Of a DNA stretch of 64,000 nt, positions 24,001 to 36,600 are shown one piece after another. The notes below the pieces were generated by a model. The model was not told the DNA's origin. It did no database searches and worked only from the letters and a program-made list of their open reading frames with translations. Location of the stretch: positions 22,754,001-22,818,000 of the forward strand of contig OZ038379.1 in NCBI GenBank assembly GCA_964036045.1, read 5' to 3'. The DNA comes from Eutreptiella sp. 'Long Island Sound 2002' (Eukaryota > Protista > Euglenida). How positions within the stretch are numbered: position 1 is the stretch's first letter; every line of letters starts with the position of its first letter. The position numbers and the translations under genes were made by a program.

Positions 24001-25981
24001 AGGTCAAGAACATGCCAGGGCCTCACCAGGCCTCTCATACCCCCCACAAAAACCTATGCCCTCAGACCGGGCCTGCGCCTGGGCACCTGCGGTCCACTTT
24101 CTGCGTGTCATTATCCAGCTGTCCTGCTGAGCCTCCTCGTGGCCGGGCACTGCCGCATGCCGTGCACTTGCGGACCAGCACGTCATTGATGAGGGTGCAC
24201 GCCGCACACGTCCATTGGGTGACTGGGCCTACCGCGGCAGAGTGCACCGGGGCACTAACCCCAGTGCCCCCGCTCACGTCGCGGTACTCCACATTCAAAA
24301 TTTTGAATCCTCCGGAAGTGGCAGAGTACCCCATGGGGCCTTGGGCCTGTTGGGGAATGAAGAACGCACATGTGCAGGGCTTGGCGCGGCTGCCGGAGTA
24401 GAGATCGGGATTTTAAGAGGTTGGGGGGGGGGGGGCATCAAAGGCGGAGTAGGTTTGCCAGTTGGCACTTCCGGTTTCACGCACTTGGGTGTGTCTTGTA
24501 GAGGTTTGCCTCCGCGGCTCTGTGTAGTTTTGGGGGAATGGCCAATGGGAGGAAGAGCAGGTTTGTGGGTGGGAGTGAAATGTTTGTCAGACCAGCCAAG
24601 ATTGCCACTTGTTTCCTTGGGCCTCGTCTCGTGGGACTGGAAACCTTTCCCATGATTGTTGTGGAAGGGTAAACCATCAAAGGTGAGGTAGTTGTGCCGG
24701 CTGGCGCTTCTGGTATAATGAATTTCGTTGTGTGTTATGGGGTGTGCCTCCGGGGCTGTGGCTGTGGGGGGAGGGGGAGGGGGATTACCATAGAAGGTGG
24801 AGAGGGGGGGGGGGGGGTGCAGGTGACAGTGCAATGCCTGTCCCGCTGCTCACAGCTGCATCTCTCAGCCCTACGGCGCCCACTGTGCTGCCATCACAGA
24901 CAGGCCTCGCATTCAGGCACTTCCAAACTGTGGTGCAAAAAACAGGCTGAAAGTGCGAAGCCTGCCAGTGTGAGCCCCTTGACTTTGAAGGAACGGTGCT
25001 TTTTCTTATGCCCCACTCAGCACTCACAGGCGTTTGGACCCATCCCCCTGCTGTACTCTTCCGGCTACCCGTTGTAGCTCCCCATTGTCCACTGACAGGC
25101 AAAATGTTTGGCCAAACCCAGGAGGCACGGTCCGATCACGGCAACATCGATGGAAAAGCCCGTCGGAAAGTGATTTTGGGGCCAAGGGCGTCTCCCAACC
25201 GTTGTTTTGCATATCTCTGCAGTCTGACAGTGCAACAACATGAGGAGCGTGGAGCACAGGTGTGGCAGACCAGTGCATCACCAAGGAGTGGTGCACCACA
25301 CCAAAAAAAAAAAGCAGCAGTTCCGCCTTAAATTTCACGTGAACCAGCACCAACAAGACCCATGGCGTCTAAAGGCACGGTTCGACAACCTCGTCATTGG
25401 ACAAACAAGTTGTTGGAGGAGGGGCAGTGAAGGGTCTCGTTGGGGTGCACCGTGAGCGGACAGCGAAGTCCAGCGTATTGCTTTGCCGTACCCATCAGTT
25501 TTGTTGATGATCCTGCCTGATCTCGGGTCTGCGGTCGGCGCTGAGCTTGCGTCTGAGTGCATTTCCACATACCGCACCGTCCCCTCCAACCTTCCACAAC
25601 ACTTCCTCGGATCACCTTCAACCTCCCGGGGCACATCTGTCACCTGCTGCCGCTGAGCCGATTGTGCTGAGGAGCGACGTGGTTGCTGCTGCGGTTGCTG
25701 CGGCTGCTGCTGCACTGCACTCATGCCTTGCTGTGGCAGAGACCCAGTACGCACAATCCCGTGAGGTTGGTGTCCGGCCCGCTGCACCTGCGCGTGCTGC
25801 ACAAACTTTGCAGGAATAGTGACAGGCACGTCCGGGGACGGGGTCACAGGCGCCTGTGGGGGCGGCCTGCTGGAGTGAGGAGGGGCGGAGTGTGGTGCGG
25901 ATCCCACGGGCCGCACAACCCGTTGTGAGAGGACAATGGGGCCTGAGCTGGGGCCCCGTTGTTTGCTCATCGTGAGACAAA
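11951..25981 (-). CDS. Alpha-kinase (eEF2K/MHCK-like) with RanBP2-type Zn finger; multi-exon gene, both ends unresolved
   Basis: Phase-compatible GT-AG exon chain: 25573-25981, 25069-25216, 24087-24346, 22896-23088, 20026-20161, (19601-19654), 18899-18925, 18604-18755, 17075-17170, 14907-15017, 12587-12775, 11951-12079. Alpha-kinase motifs: KHWYDW, PIAEGSLRVAY, DIEMQ..FN, EPYI..YVKHNNN, FSHFSWEH..IVDIQG..TDPQIH, GFGQGNCG..F..HRCNPLCEMLGL. Confidence 0.88.
12587..12775 (-). CDS. Alpha-kinase C-lobe/Zn-site exon
   Basis: GFGQGNCGDSGIQQFLRTHRCNPLCEMLGLP; 189 nt; GT-AG. Confidence 0.9.
13440..13900 (-). pseudogene. Possible hAT transposase C-terminal remnant
   Basis: NWPRMKILLRFLLTMP resembles the hAT dimerisation box; weak. 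Confidence 0.3.
14907..15017 (-). CDS. Alpha-kinase catalytic exon
   Basis: CFSHFSWEHTLHRIMIVDIQGVGDMYTDPQIHTPDGR; 111 nt; GT-AG. Confidence 0.92.
16590..16913. repeat. ~320-bp dispersed SINE-like repeat, copy 2 (in alpha-kinase intron)
   Basis: Matches 6893-7216; related 5' stub at ~58347-58395. Confidence 0.85.
17075..17170 (-). CDS. Alpha-kinase exon
   Basis: VLAVEPYINPANYVKHNNNFGFVQPHARNTPQ; 96 nt; GT-AG. Confidence 0.9.
18604..18755 (-). CDS. Alpha-kinase exon
   Basis: NDQYYIDIEMQEACRAVSRAFNSFKPPKPVTFLEAWVIKRKDSNLPKHLK. Confidence 0.9.
18899..18925 (-). CDS. 27-nt micro-exon of alpha-kinase
   Basis: ccaacag|ACACACAGGACCTTGGGCAACAAGCAG|gtcgca; phase 1-1; joins (D)TQDLGQQA to GNDQYY. 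Confidence 0.7.
18990..19230 (-). pseudogene. Penelope-like RT fragment in alpha-kinase intron
   Basis: LVSLVEFSLTQDNVVLASGEPWHRFGAIPMGGSF resembles RT motif B' of PLEs. Confidence 0.5.
20026..20161 (-). CDS. Alpha-kinase exon (nucleotide-binding loop)
   Basis: ISVLIDWQRPIAEGSLRVAYRMIDLSRPPGKRACAVKHIKAARYE; ctgtag / gtctgc; not in the ORF track. Confidence 0.85.
20330..20495. repeat. 11-bp tandem repeat (gatgtaagaca) plus hairpin
   Basis: About 6 units, then gccccgtcttagatcatctaagatggggc. Confidence 0.8.
20675..21172. repeat. Foldback/MITE-like element with ~48-bp imperfect TIRs
   Basis: ttggggcaatcctggtgcaaacagagacaaaa vs ttttgtctctctttgcacctggattgccccaa. Confidence 0.7.
21400..22275. repeat. 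Complex tandem repeat (~300-370 bp superunits with shorter subunits); related to 9040-9130
   Basis: Repeated ccttggatggtcatttta, gttgtgtaccaatccc, aaatagggtgaaaaacacata. Confidence 0.8.
22896..23088 (-). CDS. Alpha-kinase exon (start of kinase domain)
   Basis: LQQMVDQGK...ENVTKHWYDWEKKVWESKE; tcgcag / gtatgt junctions. Confidence 0.85.
24087..24346 (-). CDS. Exon encoding RanBP2-type zinc finger
   Basis: WTCAACTLINDVLVRKCTACGSARP; acceptor ccccaacag; donor AG|gtgccc completes an Arg codon with exon 22896-23088. Confidence 0.75.
25069..25216 (-). CDS. Probable exon of alpha-kinase gene
   Basis: cag|A GAT ATG...CGG|gtagcc; 148 nt; phase bridges the flanking exons. Confidence 0.45.
25573..25981 (-). 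CDS. Probable upstream exon of alpha-kinase gene (Q/P-rich)
   Basis: Acceptor gatctgcag, donor CG|gtatgt; open frame with QQQPQQPQQQ; phase matches next exon. Confidence 0.5.
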
Positions 25982-27459
25982 CTGCAGATCACAAGAACAT
26001 TTGGATGGTGGGTGAAGACAGGAAGATGCAGAAGGGGGGGTGCGGCCTGATTAAGGTGAGCTGAGCAAGGGTGTCGACGAAACCTTTGGGTAGACTTAGC
26101 TTGTTTAACACAGCCACCTATCAAGAGCTAGTGGAAGACAACCACTCAAACACGGCACATAACTTCCTGTGCACGGCAACAGGTGGAAAATGGGGGGGGG
26201 GCTTTGTGCACTTGGGGGGGGGGGGGGGCAACAGTGTAGTGCCACACAGCAGCGACGTCAAGAGGCTGCAAGGCCTGTAGATAGCCATGATGAGCAGCCG
26301 CAAGAGTTCTAGCCCCCGCCCCTCTTGAACAGTATGCAGCCATGAGTGACATACCCTCAGAACCCTGAGAAAATGGCCCAGGTGAGGGGCCGTCACTCCC
26401 CGAGGGATAATCAGTGGCACACCACAGGCATGAAGCTTCTCACAGAACAGAGGCATCCATAAAACAAAGCAAAACAAAACATCATCAAATGGTGTGTTCT
26501 GCCTGGTGTCCCAAGCTACTGAGACCCCCCTCCTTGTGTCCAGTCTTGTGTCAAGATCCACTATGCATGTCTTCCCTTCAGCTGGTGGCCTGATTCCATC
26601 TGGGACCCACTATGCAACGACATACAGGGCTTTGGTGTCCAAACCACAGAGCTGGCGGGCAGATTGGAGATGGCAGACATGCAGCTTGCCGTTCTCTGCC
26701 TGATTGCTACCAAACACCTGCGGCCCGGCGCACGCCCGCTGCGCACCTGGCACGCTACCTTGGTATTAAATATTCCAATTTTAACCCTAGAGAAGCCCCC
26801 AACTAGACCAGAGTGGATTCTGAGTCTATATCCAGAACTCAAGGGGCCGCAGAAATTCGTGGATGATGAGTCCATATCCCCAACTCAAGGGGCCACACAA
26901 ACTTGTGGACTGTGAGTCCCTGTCCTGAAGGGGCCTCTCAATTTAGAGATTGTTTGGTGTGGATACGGGGTGAGGCAAAGCAGGGAGGGAGTCGGGAATG
27001 GTCATAGCTGGGGAATGGGCCAAAAAAGATGCCTGGTGTGCGCCCCGCACGCTAACACTCCCCCTACTTCAAAGGGTGTTCAGGTGCTGCAGACGCACCA
27101 AAACCAGGGGCGGCAGGGCACGTAACCGCAATTTCCAAGGGCTGTTGTACTATGCCTTCAATGTGTTGGAGTTACTACACTAGTACGTTACTACGCACCC
27201 CAGTGCACAGCAATTTACTGCATACTGAGGTGCTGAATAACATAGTAATGTAGTAATTACCTGCACACTTACTACCCACTTGCTGCCCACAGTGTTGACA
27301 AACTGTACACAGCATCTACAAACGGTGTGCAGTGTCTACAAACTGTACCCAGGTAAACGGACCTATCCAATCTGTTTGATGGGGGCACGAATATCTTAAA
27401 TGCCCATCCTTAATGTTGTCTCTTCGTGTCTACAACATGTGCACCATGTGCACCAAACA

Positions 27460-28235
27460 CCAAATACCAAGCACATCAAAATTCCAGAAAATTTTCGGCA
27501 AAAGAAAATGAAAAAAATTTTCAAAACCAATCAAACAAATAAGAAAGAAAGCAATAAACATTAATAATAATAAAACCAATAATAAAAAAAAACAATTCCA
27601 AACCAACTTCGAAAAGAACCGGAAAATGTTTTCCCAAAGCCCCCAAAAAATTCAAAAAAAATCAACGAAATTCCCAAAAATTACATGAATCGAAATAAGT
27701 AAATGTGGAAAAAACTGAAATCCAAAAAAATAAAAAAAAATACAACAAAATACAACAAAATGAAAAAAATGCCCATGAATGGCCCAAAAAAAAAGTACAA
27801 AAACTGTCAAACAAACCCCCCAAAAGAATCAAGAAAATAAAATAATCCCGGGAAAATGCCAAAACAAATTCAAAAAATTCCAATGAAAATTCAAAAGAAA
27901 ATCCAGAAGATAGACTTGCCCAAAAAATTCAAAAAAAAACAGCCTAAAACGTGCCCCCAAAAAAATGGATTCAAATGTTCAGAACTTAAAAAAAAATCCA
28001 ATTAAAAATTCAAAAAAGAGTCCAAAAGAATTCCATAAAGAATGCCAAAGAATCCAAAATCATAAAGTGCACAAAGGTTCCAAAATTCCCAAAAAAAAAT
28101 ACTAAAGAATCAATAAAGGTTGGAAAAATTGAAAAAATGTATTTTCGAAAAATTCTAAAAGAGAATTAAAAAATTCCAACAAAAACCCCAAAATCTCCAT
28201 AAAACCCAAAATTTTTCAAAAAAAATCCAAAAGCA
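27460..28235. repeat. A-rich low-complexity tract
   Basis: aaaattc(c)aaaa-type motifs; extreme strand skew; flanked by actac/gtagt-motif repeats. Confidence 0.85.
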
Positions 28236-29027
28236 CAGTAGTCTAGGCACTTACTATGCACTACTGCATGGGAGTGCCAAGTAAATCACTATGTTACTAC
28301 GGAACTACACACTCCAATGCACAGTAAATTACCACATTACAATGTTCGTTACTACGCTGGAGTGGGTAGTGCGGAAGCAATCATGACTCCAACACGTTGC
28401 AGTGTGTAGTGAAACTTTTTGCATGTATGGTGTACATGGCAATTTGGTTCGGCTGGGGCGGCCTGGGTCTGCTCATGGTACCCAGGCCAGCAGGCATGAC
28501 CCTCGGTGCTCTGGGTGCTCTGCCAGCAAATGCACTCACGACTGCCCCACGCCACTGGGGCTCACGGTACCAACAGTGTACCCACTCCAGGTGCCCAGCC
28601 CTCCCCACTCTGTGCGGCGTCTGGCTCTCTGACCTCACTCCCACCCCCACTTGCTGCAGTTCCCTTTCCTCTGTGGGAATAAGTGGCTCTCCAGCCCGGC
28701 TCACATGGGGATGACTAGCTCGCTGACCCAACTTCCCTGTCTGTGGGGTTGCATGGCCCTCTGGCCCTACCTCCCTCAAAGAATTGCCCCAATTAAATAC
28801 TTGACAGCCAACCGACGGCATTTGGCGGTTAACAAAAACTTGGCCAGCAAACGCCATCACGGTGGTCAACCGCCGGCTTGACCGTTAACGGACCGGCCCA
28901 GGGCGCAGTCCTGCAGGTCGGTGAAAAAAGTAATGTCGCAATGGTCAACATGTTGGGGACCGCCCTGAGTCCAGAGATGGTGAACTCATGTATGCAGCAC
29001 GGGTAAAGGCAGTCGCGACCCTGTCAC

Positions 29028-30764
29028 CCTCAGAACAGCACCCCATTGGGCCAGGGGCTGAAGTCTTCGGCGTCGTGGCCTCAACGCTGCAGCCCCGATG
29101 TCACTGAGGAGAGGGGGCAAGCGGGACGGCGCACCAAAGCCAACCCCCTCCCCCAAGGATTGCCCAATCCCATGGCAGTGGGACTGCGGGTGGCCAGCGA
29201 CCCACCAAACGATGGCTGGCGCCATCTCACACTCTGGGGCACCCATTACAGCGTCCCGAATACAGTGTCTGTGGTGCGATCTCTCTGGCACGCCTTCTGT
29301 GACGCAACTTCATGAGAAACAGGACCTAAAGACAGCCCGCGCCAGGTCACCCTGGTCACCCCCGGGCGCTGTCATCCGTTGTGGTCGCATCTGCAGGAGC
29401 CCTAAAGTCTGGATCACATGAACCCTGACATTCGTCAGCAACTGTGGGCAGTGCTGCACTGAGGAAACACAATCCACCTCTGTATAGAACGCGTCTTGAA
29501 AGCCGAGTCCCATGGACCTTGTCTCTCAGTCACAGCCACTGGGCCACTGTTGCTGGGCCTTACCGTCCATTACCGTCTAGTCATAGTCCCTGGGCTCTGC
29601 AGCCCAGTCCCACGTGTCTTACAGCAAACCTCCCACTCAGGGCTCGTTATCCATCGCCGCAATGTTGTCAGACATCGGCAGAGCGACGCACCGACAGCGG
29701 GTGCTCAGGTGCTGCGCAATGCTGGGGGCATGCAACCCAAAATGGTTGCCCTCGAGGTTCAAATACTTGAGCTGCAGGCAGAAGTGGGGACTGACCTCCC
29801 CCCATTCGGACAAAACATCCTCCAGCATAGGGGAGGTGATGGTGGTGGGCAGCCAATCACTGGCATTCAGGGCGTTCCACTCTGGAAATGGGTCGGTCCG
29901 GGGGTCAAGGGAAAGCTCAGGGTCGCTGGCACGAGACTGTACGAGGGCCATGTGGCGGGCTATGTCCTGTGAGAGGAAAGGACTGGAGGAGGCGAGGGAG
30001 TGGGGCTACACATGCCACACATGCAGTTGAGATGCATCCCTCCTCCCCCCTTACTCCCCCCCCCCGCCGTTTTTTGCGGGGGGGGGGGGGGTAGGGGGCC
30101 ATCCCCTTTCGAGCCACAAGGTGGTGAGGCAAACCACCAAGACTCCGGCTGCGTCTTCAAACTGCGGCCTTCATTGTCTGCTGAGTTCTTTCAGTGTGAT
30201 AAACAGCCGAGTCCATTCTACACACCCGTCATTGGGCGAACCCTATTGGACTGCGCTTTCTGGCATGCACATGCCTCAGTACTATCTTCCTTGAGTAACC
30301 AACCCAGCAGCTTCAGGTTCATTGTTCGCAATATTGTCTGTCTTACTGCACATTTGGGGTTTCTCTGCTGTTCCGTCCAACACATGTGTGCAGCTTTTGA
30401 ACTGGCAACAGGAAAAAATGTCAGAGTCTGTTCCAGGGCCTGGCTGTGAGCATACGCCAATTTTGTGCCTTGGGGCTCCTTTGGACCTCGTGGCACTAAG
30501 CAATTTTGAAGCGCAGTCATAGCGTTCAAAACCGTTCTGTGGGCATGGGTGTGGGTGTGTGCACGCACGCTTGCACACTGTTTTGTCCATCACCCCAAAT
30601 TGGCTTCGTAGAGTACTCACACATGCACGCTTAAAGCGGACAAACAGAGCAAGAAAGCGGTTGTCTGAGTGTTGATTTTGCCACGTCAAACTGCAAACCT
30701 CAAAAGTTGCACAACTGGGCGCCTTTCCAACACAGACATGCGCAACACGACAAACAGGCACATG

Positions 30765-30809
<45 letters not shown>

Positions 30810-33640
30810 ATGCAAAGAGCCCAAATCCCTGTACAACGGGAAAACACATGGGAATGAGATAAGTTTCAGGTGCACAAAAAATGTAAGCCATGTACCAAAA
30901 ATTGTGCTGCTATACTTCCCCCCTTCCCCCCTTCCCAGTAGGCATGGCGTTTTGACCACAACAGCACGCCCCGTGCCGCCTGATGACGGGGACAGGGCAG
31001 TGAGTACACACATTTCATCGTGGCCTGGACATCCTGTGGTGATGTGGCCTATGCCCTCTGCAGCCCTTTATGCATGGCTCGCATGGTAGCAGCCCAACTG
31101 TAGCCAGCCAAAATGCTGACCTGCAGCCATGCCAGTGCGCTCAAAAGTTGTTCTGCCCATGACCCCGCAAAAGGCAATGAGTTCTTCAGAACTCCTATAA
31201 AAATAGCGCCCAGGTATCCAAGATACTGGGAGTGGGGACTCAGCAGCGGTGCCCCTAGCCGTAGCGTCCAGTCGCCCTTCAACGCCGATGGCTCAGCAAA
31301 CGTGGTTCCCCTGCCGTCTGCGTTCCTCACCAAAACTACACCCATAGCTTTACACACGCGAGTAAATTCTTTTTTGCTGCAAGGGCGAGTAATTTTTTTT
31401 TAACTGTATGCCGTGTAACTTTGAAAAAAATCAGAAGAGCCCTCAAAAAATGCGTATTGCATGTAATTTTTTTCCTTTGTATAGGCCATTTTGTTTAACA
31501 ATGCTGCTTTTGTTGCAATATGCACACGTGCCGGACCGGAACTATGGGATGCCAAGTCCTTAAAGCACAAAGTATTATGTGTAGCCACCAATTAAAAGGA
31601 CTTGGCCAATATAACAACAAGGTTCTACCTCCACCTCTTTGGCACCCGAGAAGAGGTGGGTGCCTAAACACAACGCAGAGTTCAGCCAACATAACAACAA
31701 GTTTATAACTCCACCTCTTTGGCACCCTGGAAGAGGTGGATGCCTAAAGAGAGCGTGTAGTTGAATAAAAGACAAGATATGAGAATCGGTTGTGCAACAA
31801 AATGTGCATCCACTTCAAGTAGTCGCAAAGTGCATGCTTGTAGATCAAACCACACTTTGTGTCTAATGGTATACGCTTTGCACCACGATTCGTATTTGCT
31901 TACAATCAATCAAAAAGAGCTTTTTTGACGTGCTTGGCTAGGTCGTCAAGAAACATTTGGTCACGCCCCCACCAACTTGGTGTATCCTTTTGAAAACCGC
32001 TTGGGGCCCAAGAATCGCTTTCCAAGGATGGAAATGTATTGACGTCCTCCTCTATAGGATGGGTTGTGGCAGATTGCCCCCTGGCCTATCATGCTTCGAT
32101 GCCTTGCTCGCAGGAGGCATCATTGCCTTGGTACAGGGTGGGGTTGGCCTCAACGTTGTCCTTGGCCTTCGACATCTGCGAGCATGTGTCCTCATCTTTG
32201 GTAGGTGCAGCCATGGTAGGTGGCCCCTAGGGGTCCAAGGCTTCAATGGTTCACTTAGAGGAGGCATCATTGCCTTCCAGCAAAATGGGGGTGGCTTGAA
32301 CATAGTTGTGGGCCTGGGAGGAGTGCACTTGAACTTGGGTATTGGAGGGCAAGGTACAAGGGGCCCTCTGTCACCCCACACCACACTTCAAAATTATCAC
32401 CGGGCAACAAAATGATCTGCACAAAGCAATCAACATTGACAACGCTCAATACATAGCTCACAAAGCCCCGGGGCATGGGGTGAGGGGAACATCCGCAAAA
32501 GAACCCGGTGTTCAACCTTGCGATGTGTAGGCTCTGATGACCACAAGACCAAGCGTCACCGGCCTTTTGGAAGCCAAAGGCTGAATGCTCAATGGCAGAG
32601 TTGTGCCGCTTCAGCTCCGCTAGGAAGGGGCGGACCAATCGAATGGAGCTCAAGGGTTCCCCAGCCCAAATTGTGGGAGGGCTCGAACCATTTTTGCACT
32701 CACTATTACAGCAAAAAAAAAAAAACAAATACTCGCTTGTACAATTCCTTTGTACTCACCATTACAGCCAAAAACACAACGCACGACATGCGCAGTACTT
32801 CCGTCTCTAAAAAAACGTCTAAAGAGCATGTGGCATAGGCGCCTTTATGTCGCAACGGAAGAGGACAATGTGCACCTCCAACACGCGGTCACAGCTCCTC
32901 CAGACTGGCCCATTGGTGCCGTGCCTGTGAGATACACACGGGGTTAAGTGATGGAGGGCGAGCGCATTACAGTGGTGGTGCCAGAAATCCAGCTGCCCAC
33001 CCATGGCGCCGTGAGCCTACTGCCACCGGCCCAGGGCTCAGTACTGTAAGTTGTACAAAGATGGTCTGACCCTCGTCAGATTGCTTGGATGAGAGAGAGA
33101 GGAGAACAGCATAGAGGCCTTAACCTGTTGCCATCCAAATCAAGCAGCTGGGGGGTGGTACGGCAGGGTATGGCACGGTACGGGGGGGGGGCATCACGGT
33201 GCGCATTCAAAAGCGCGCGCGCAAACACACACCAAGGGAGCCCCAGCAGGGCACCCTCATGGGTTCACCACCACAGCGCGTCAGCGCCTCTGGCCCAATG
33301 CCCACAAATGGTTGTGCATGAGCCACTGTGGGGCAGACCCAATCTCTCATACGCCAGACGCCAGACCCAATCTCTCAAATTGGTGACACCGCCCCACCAA
33401 CCACCCTAGCGATTGCACACCAGTCTGCACCATGAAGGGTGACGTGCCGGGTCCACTGACACAGCAGAAGCAAAACCGTTGGGCTGCCGCCTGCAGGGCC
33501 TTGGTCACCGTGGGGGATGCACACACACACACACACACACTCTCTCTCTCTCACTCACACACACTCATTCACTCATTCACACACACGCACACACTGACTC
33601 ACTCACTCACCCACCCACACGCGCACGCGCGCGCACACAG

Positions 33641-33674
<34 letters not shown>

Positions 33675-36600
33675 TACACAAAGCACTGGGACCACATCCT
33701 CCTGAAGTGACAGCAACTAACAGCAAGGCGTGCCTGTCGGGCATACCTCTCCTGCGAGCGCACAGGATAGCGCAAAGCCAGAAATAGCCGACAGGCGGTT
33801 CTTGGACATGTCTAGAGCGCTGAGACCGCATGCAGCCTGGGCACTGGGGAGATTCTCGCAGGCGCTGGCGTACGCCTGCAACGTCGGCAGGTGCACAGGC
33901 CATGGGAAATGGCACTGGGCGGGCCCTGTCTGCACCAAACCACCACGCAGTTGGGTGGGGCCATCTATATCACAGCTGCTGTGGCCCAGGGCGTCAGGAG
34001 GGGGGATCGTCTGGGAGTGCGCAGCGGAAGGAGGAGGGTTGGAGTGAAGTGGCGGAGAGATATGGGGAGAGTGTGAATCACGCTCACAGCCCCGCAGTCC
34101 CACAGTGCCCGAGCGCCCTGCTGACCGCTGTGCCTGTGCGCGCGTCACCCTGGCAACCACAGATGCCGCTACCCTCAGGCCCCCCTCGTCCCCAATGCGG
34201 TTGCCAGAAAGCCGCAGTGTCTGGACACTGGGGCTGGCAGCCAAGGCCTCGGCAACAGCCGGTGTCAGGCCCTCAGGGCCCAGTGCTGTGTACGAGACGT
34301 CGAGGTCCTGCACGGGCCCGGACCGCAGTACGTGGGCCAGTGCCGGGGCCGCAGCCGGGCCCATCACGTTGTGGGCCAGGCTGAGCGTATGGAGGTGGGA
34401 GTGGGCGGCAGCGTACAGCAGCGCCACAGCGTCGCCACTCCCAAGGCGGCAATTCTTGACGTTCAGGCTCCGCAGGCACGAGGCTGGGGCACGGGGGAGG
34501 CATGTGGCGGCAGAGACGGTGGGCGAAGTGTCGGGGGAAGCGGGGCGGACCGCATCGGAGGGGGGCTGGAAATGGAGGGTGGCGTGGGCCTGGGGGTCCC
34601 CTGGCGGGCGCGAGGGTAGGGCTACGGCCGGACCTGACGTGGGGTCATTGGGCGGGTCAGAGGCGGCCCCCTGCAGCATTTGGCACAGGGTCCCGCACGC
34701 CGCCGTGGCGATGCTGTTGCCTGAGACGTCCAGGCGGTGCAGGTTAGGCATGGCGCCCTCGGCCGCGGGGCAGAGCACTTGGGCCAGTGCCGCGTCCGCG
34801 AGCCCAAGACCCGCCAGCACAAGCGTCGTGAGCCCCCGGCCCTGCCCCACGGGCCGCAGGTCGGGGGAGCGGACGAGGGAGGGCGCAGGGTCCGGGTACA
34901 GTGCCGGGGGAACGTCCCTGAGGCCGGCGGGGGCGGGAGGGGCACAAGGGACAGCCCAGCCCTGCCCCAGCCCCAAGCAGAAGCCCGCGGGCAGAACGCA
35001 ATGCGCCAGCGCGACAGTCCGGAGCCCCTCGTGGGCCCCGACGGCGTGCGCCAGGCGCACCGCCGCCGCGTTGTGGTCCCACTCCCGTGCCCCCTCCTCC
35101 GCCGCCAGCCCGCAGTCGCTGAGGGTCAGCTCCCGCAGCACGTCGCAGACCAGAAGCGTCTGGGTCAGGCCCATGATGACGTCGTGGCTCAGCCAGACCC
35201 CCCGCAGCCGCAGCGCACTGAGGCAGGGCCGTGCGGGGGGGCCCTGCAAGAGGGGGGCCGGGGCCGGGGGTTGGGTGCCATCCGAGGTCGTCGTGCGCGG
35301 GGACTGCGGGGGGTTCTGGGGGCCGTGCCCCTCGAAGTCGCCGTACGGGTCCCAGTCGGGCTCGCTATCACCCCCACCCCCACTCCCACTCCCACTGGGC
35401 CCCGAAACCCAGGCACCAGCCATCCCTCCCACACCGGCCTCAGTCCCAGTGCCCCGCGCGGTCGCAGCCTCCGCGTCCCAGTCCCACAAGTCGTCGTCGT
35501 CGGCCTCGCGTTTCCGCTTCCGTGAGGCTGCGCCGGTCGCAATGTGGCCACAGGCGCAGCAGAACAGCCCCAGCGCAACGGACTGGGTTAGAGAGGGGCT
35601 GCGCAGCGTCAGAGCATCAAGTTTCGGTAGTCGCTGCAACAACTGCAGTGCAGGGGCCGCCGCGGAGTCCGGAAGGTTCTGGAGGTCCACGTGGCGGACG
35701 CTGGAAAGCGCCCCAAGAATCTGCAACAGCAGCACGGGCGTGGGCCTTCAGGCGTGTACCCTCACTCCCAACACTCACCAACTCATCACCAGAACCCTGA
35801 AAACCGGGGGAACTGTGTCTTGGACGAAGCTGCATCTTAGACAACCGCCATGGTTCAGGGTGGTCGTCACCCACTCCAACACTCAAGACCGTACTCAGTA
35901 CTCAGTACATCAGCACAAATTGGTGTAGATTGCTTCACGGCCGACGTTGCCACCAGACTGTCGAGTGCTGCTGGGTATGGGGCAGGCACGGCACTAAGTG
36001 GCATTACATGAGAACGGGGTGGGCCAAATTGTGTTGGGATGGCACAGGCGCTGAGTGTGCACCAGGGCCACATACAGACACCTCAAGAGCGTCATCCTGG
36101 GACAGCAGAATGTGCGTCAACCTCAAGTCTGTGATGTACGCAGACAGTAGCTGGACCTCTTGCCTCAGAGTCGTGCAGTCTGCTGTCGCGCATGGGGTAG
36201 ACAGTAGCGAGTCGTCCAGAAGGGCCCTGCGAGGGAGCACCGTGGTGCCGATGAGGCTCTTGGGGGCTCGGTGCTGCCACGCCCTGTCTGCAGCACAGCG
36301 CAGGGCCTGCTGCAAGTGTCTACACAGCACCTGAGCACACGCAAAGCGAAGGCAACGCCCTTACCCTCACGTCCCCCCACCAGCACGTGACAGTCTGCTA
36401 CCAAAGGGGAAGTGTCCGCCCGGCGCGCTACATTTGTACTAACAATCCTGACTTCAACCCCAGATTTACCCTCCCCTAGACAAGCCCCCCAAGTAGACCA
36501 GAGTGGACCATAATGCGGGGCTCCCGAAAAATGTACCTGGAGCCGCAAGCAGGTCACAAAGCGCTCCACACCATCAACTACTCATCTTGCTTGCGCTGGC

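Noticed and set aside
27662-27883. Hydrophobic Phe-rich ORF
   Set aside because: Artefact of the A-rich tract
31957-32415. Plus-strand LRR-like ORF
   Set aside because: No Asn-ladder consensus; it appears to be an internally duplicated repeat within an intron
34105-35928. 607-aa plus-strand ORF
   Set aside because: Antisense shadow of the GC-rich LRR exon; no domain motifs
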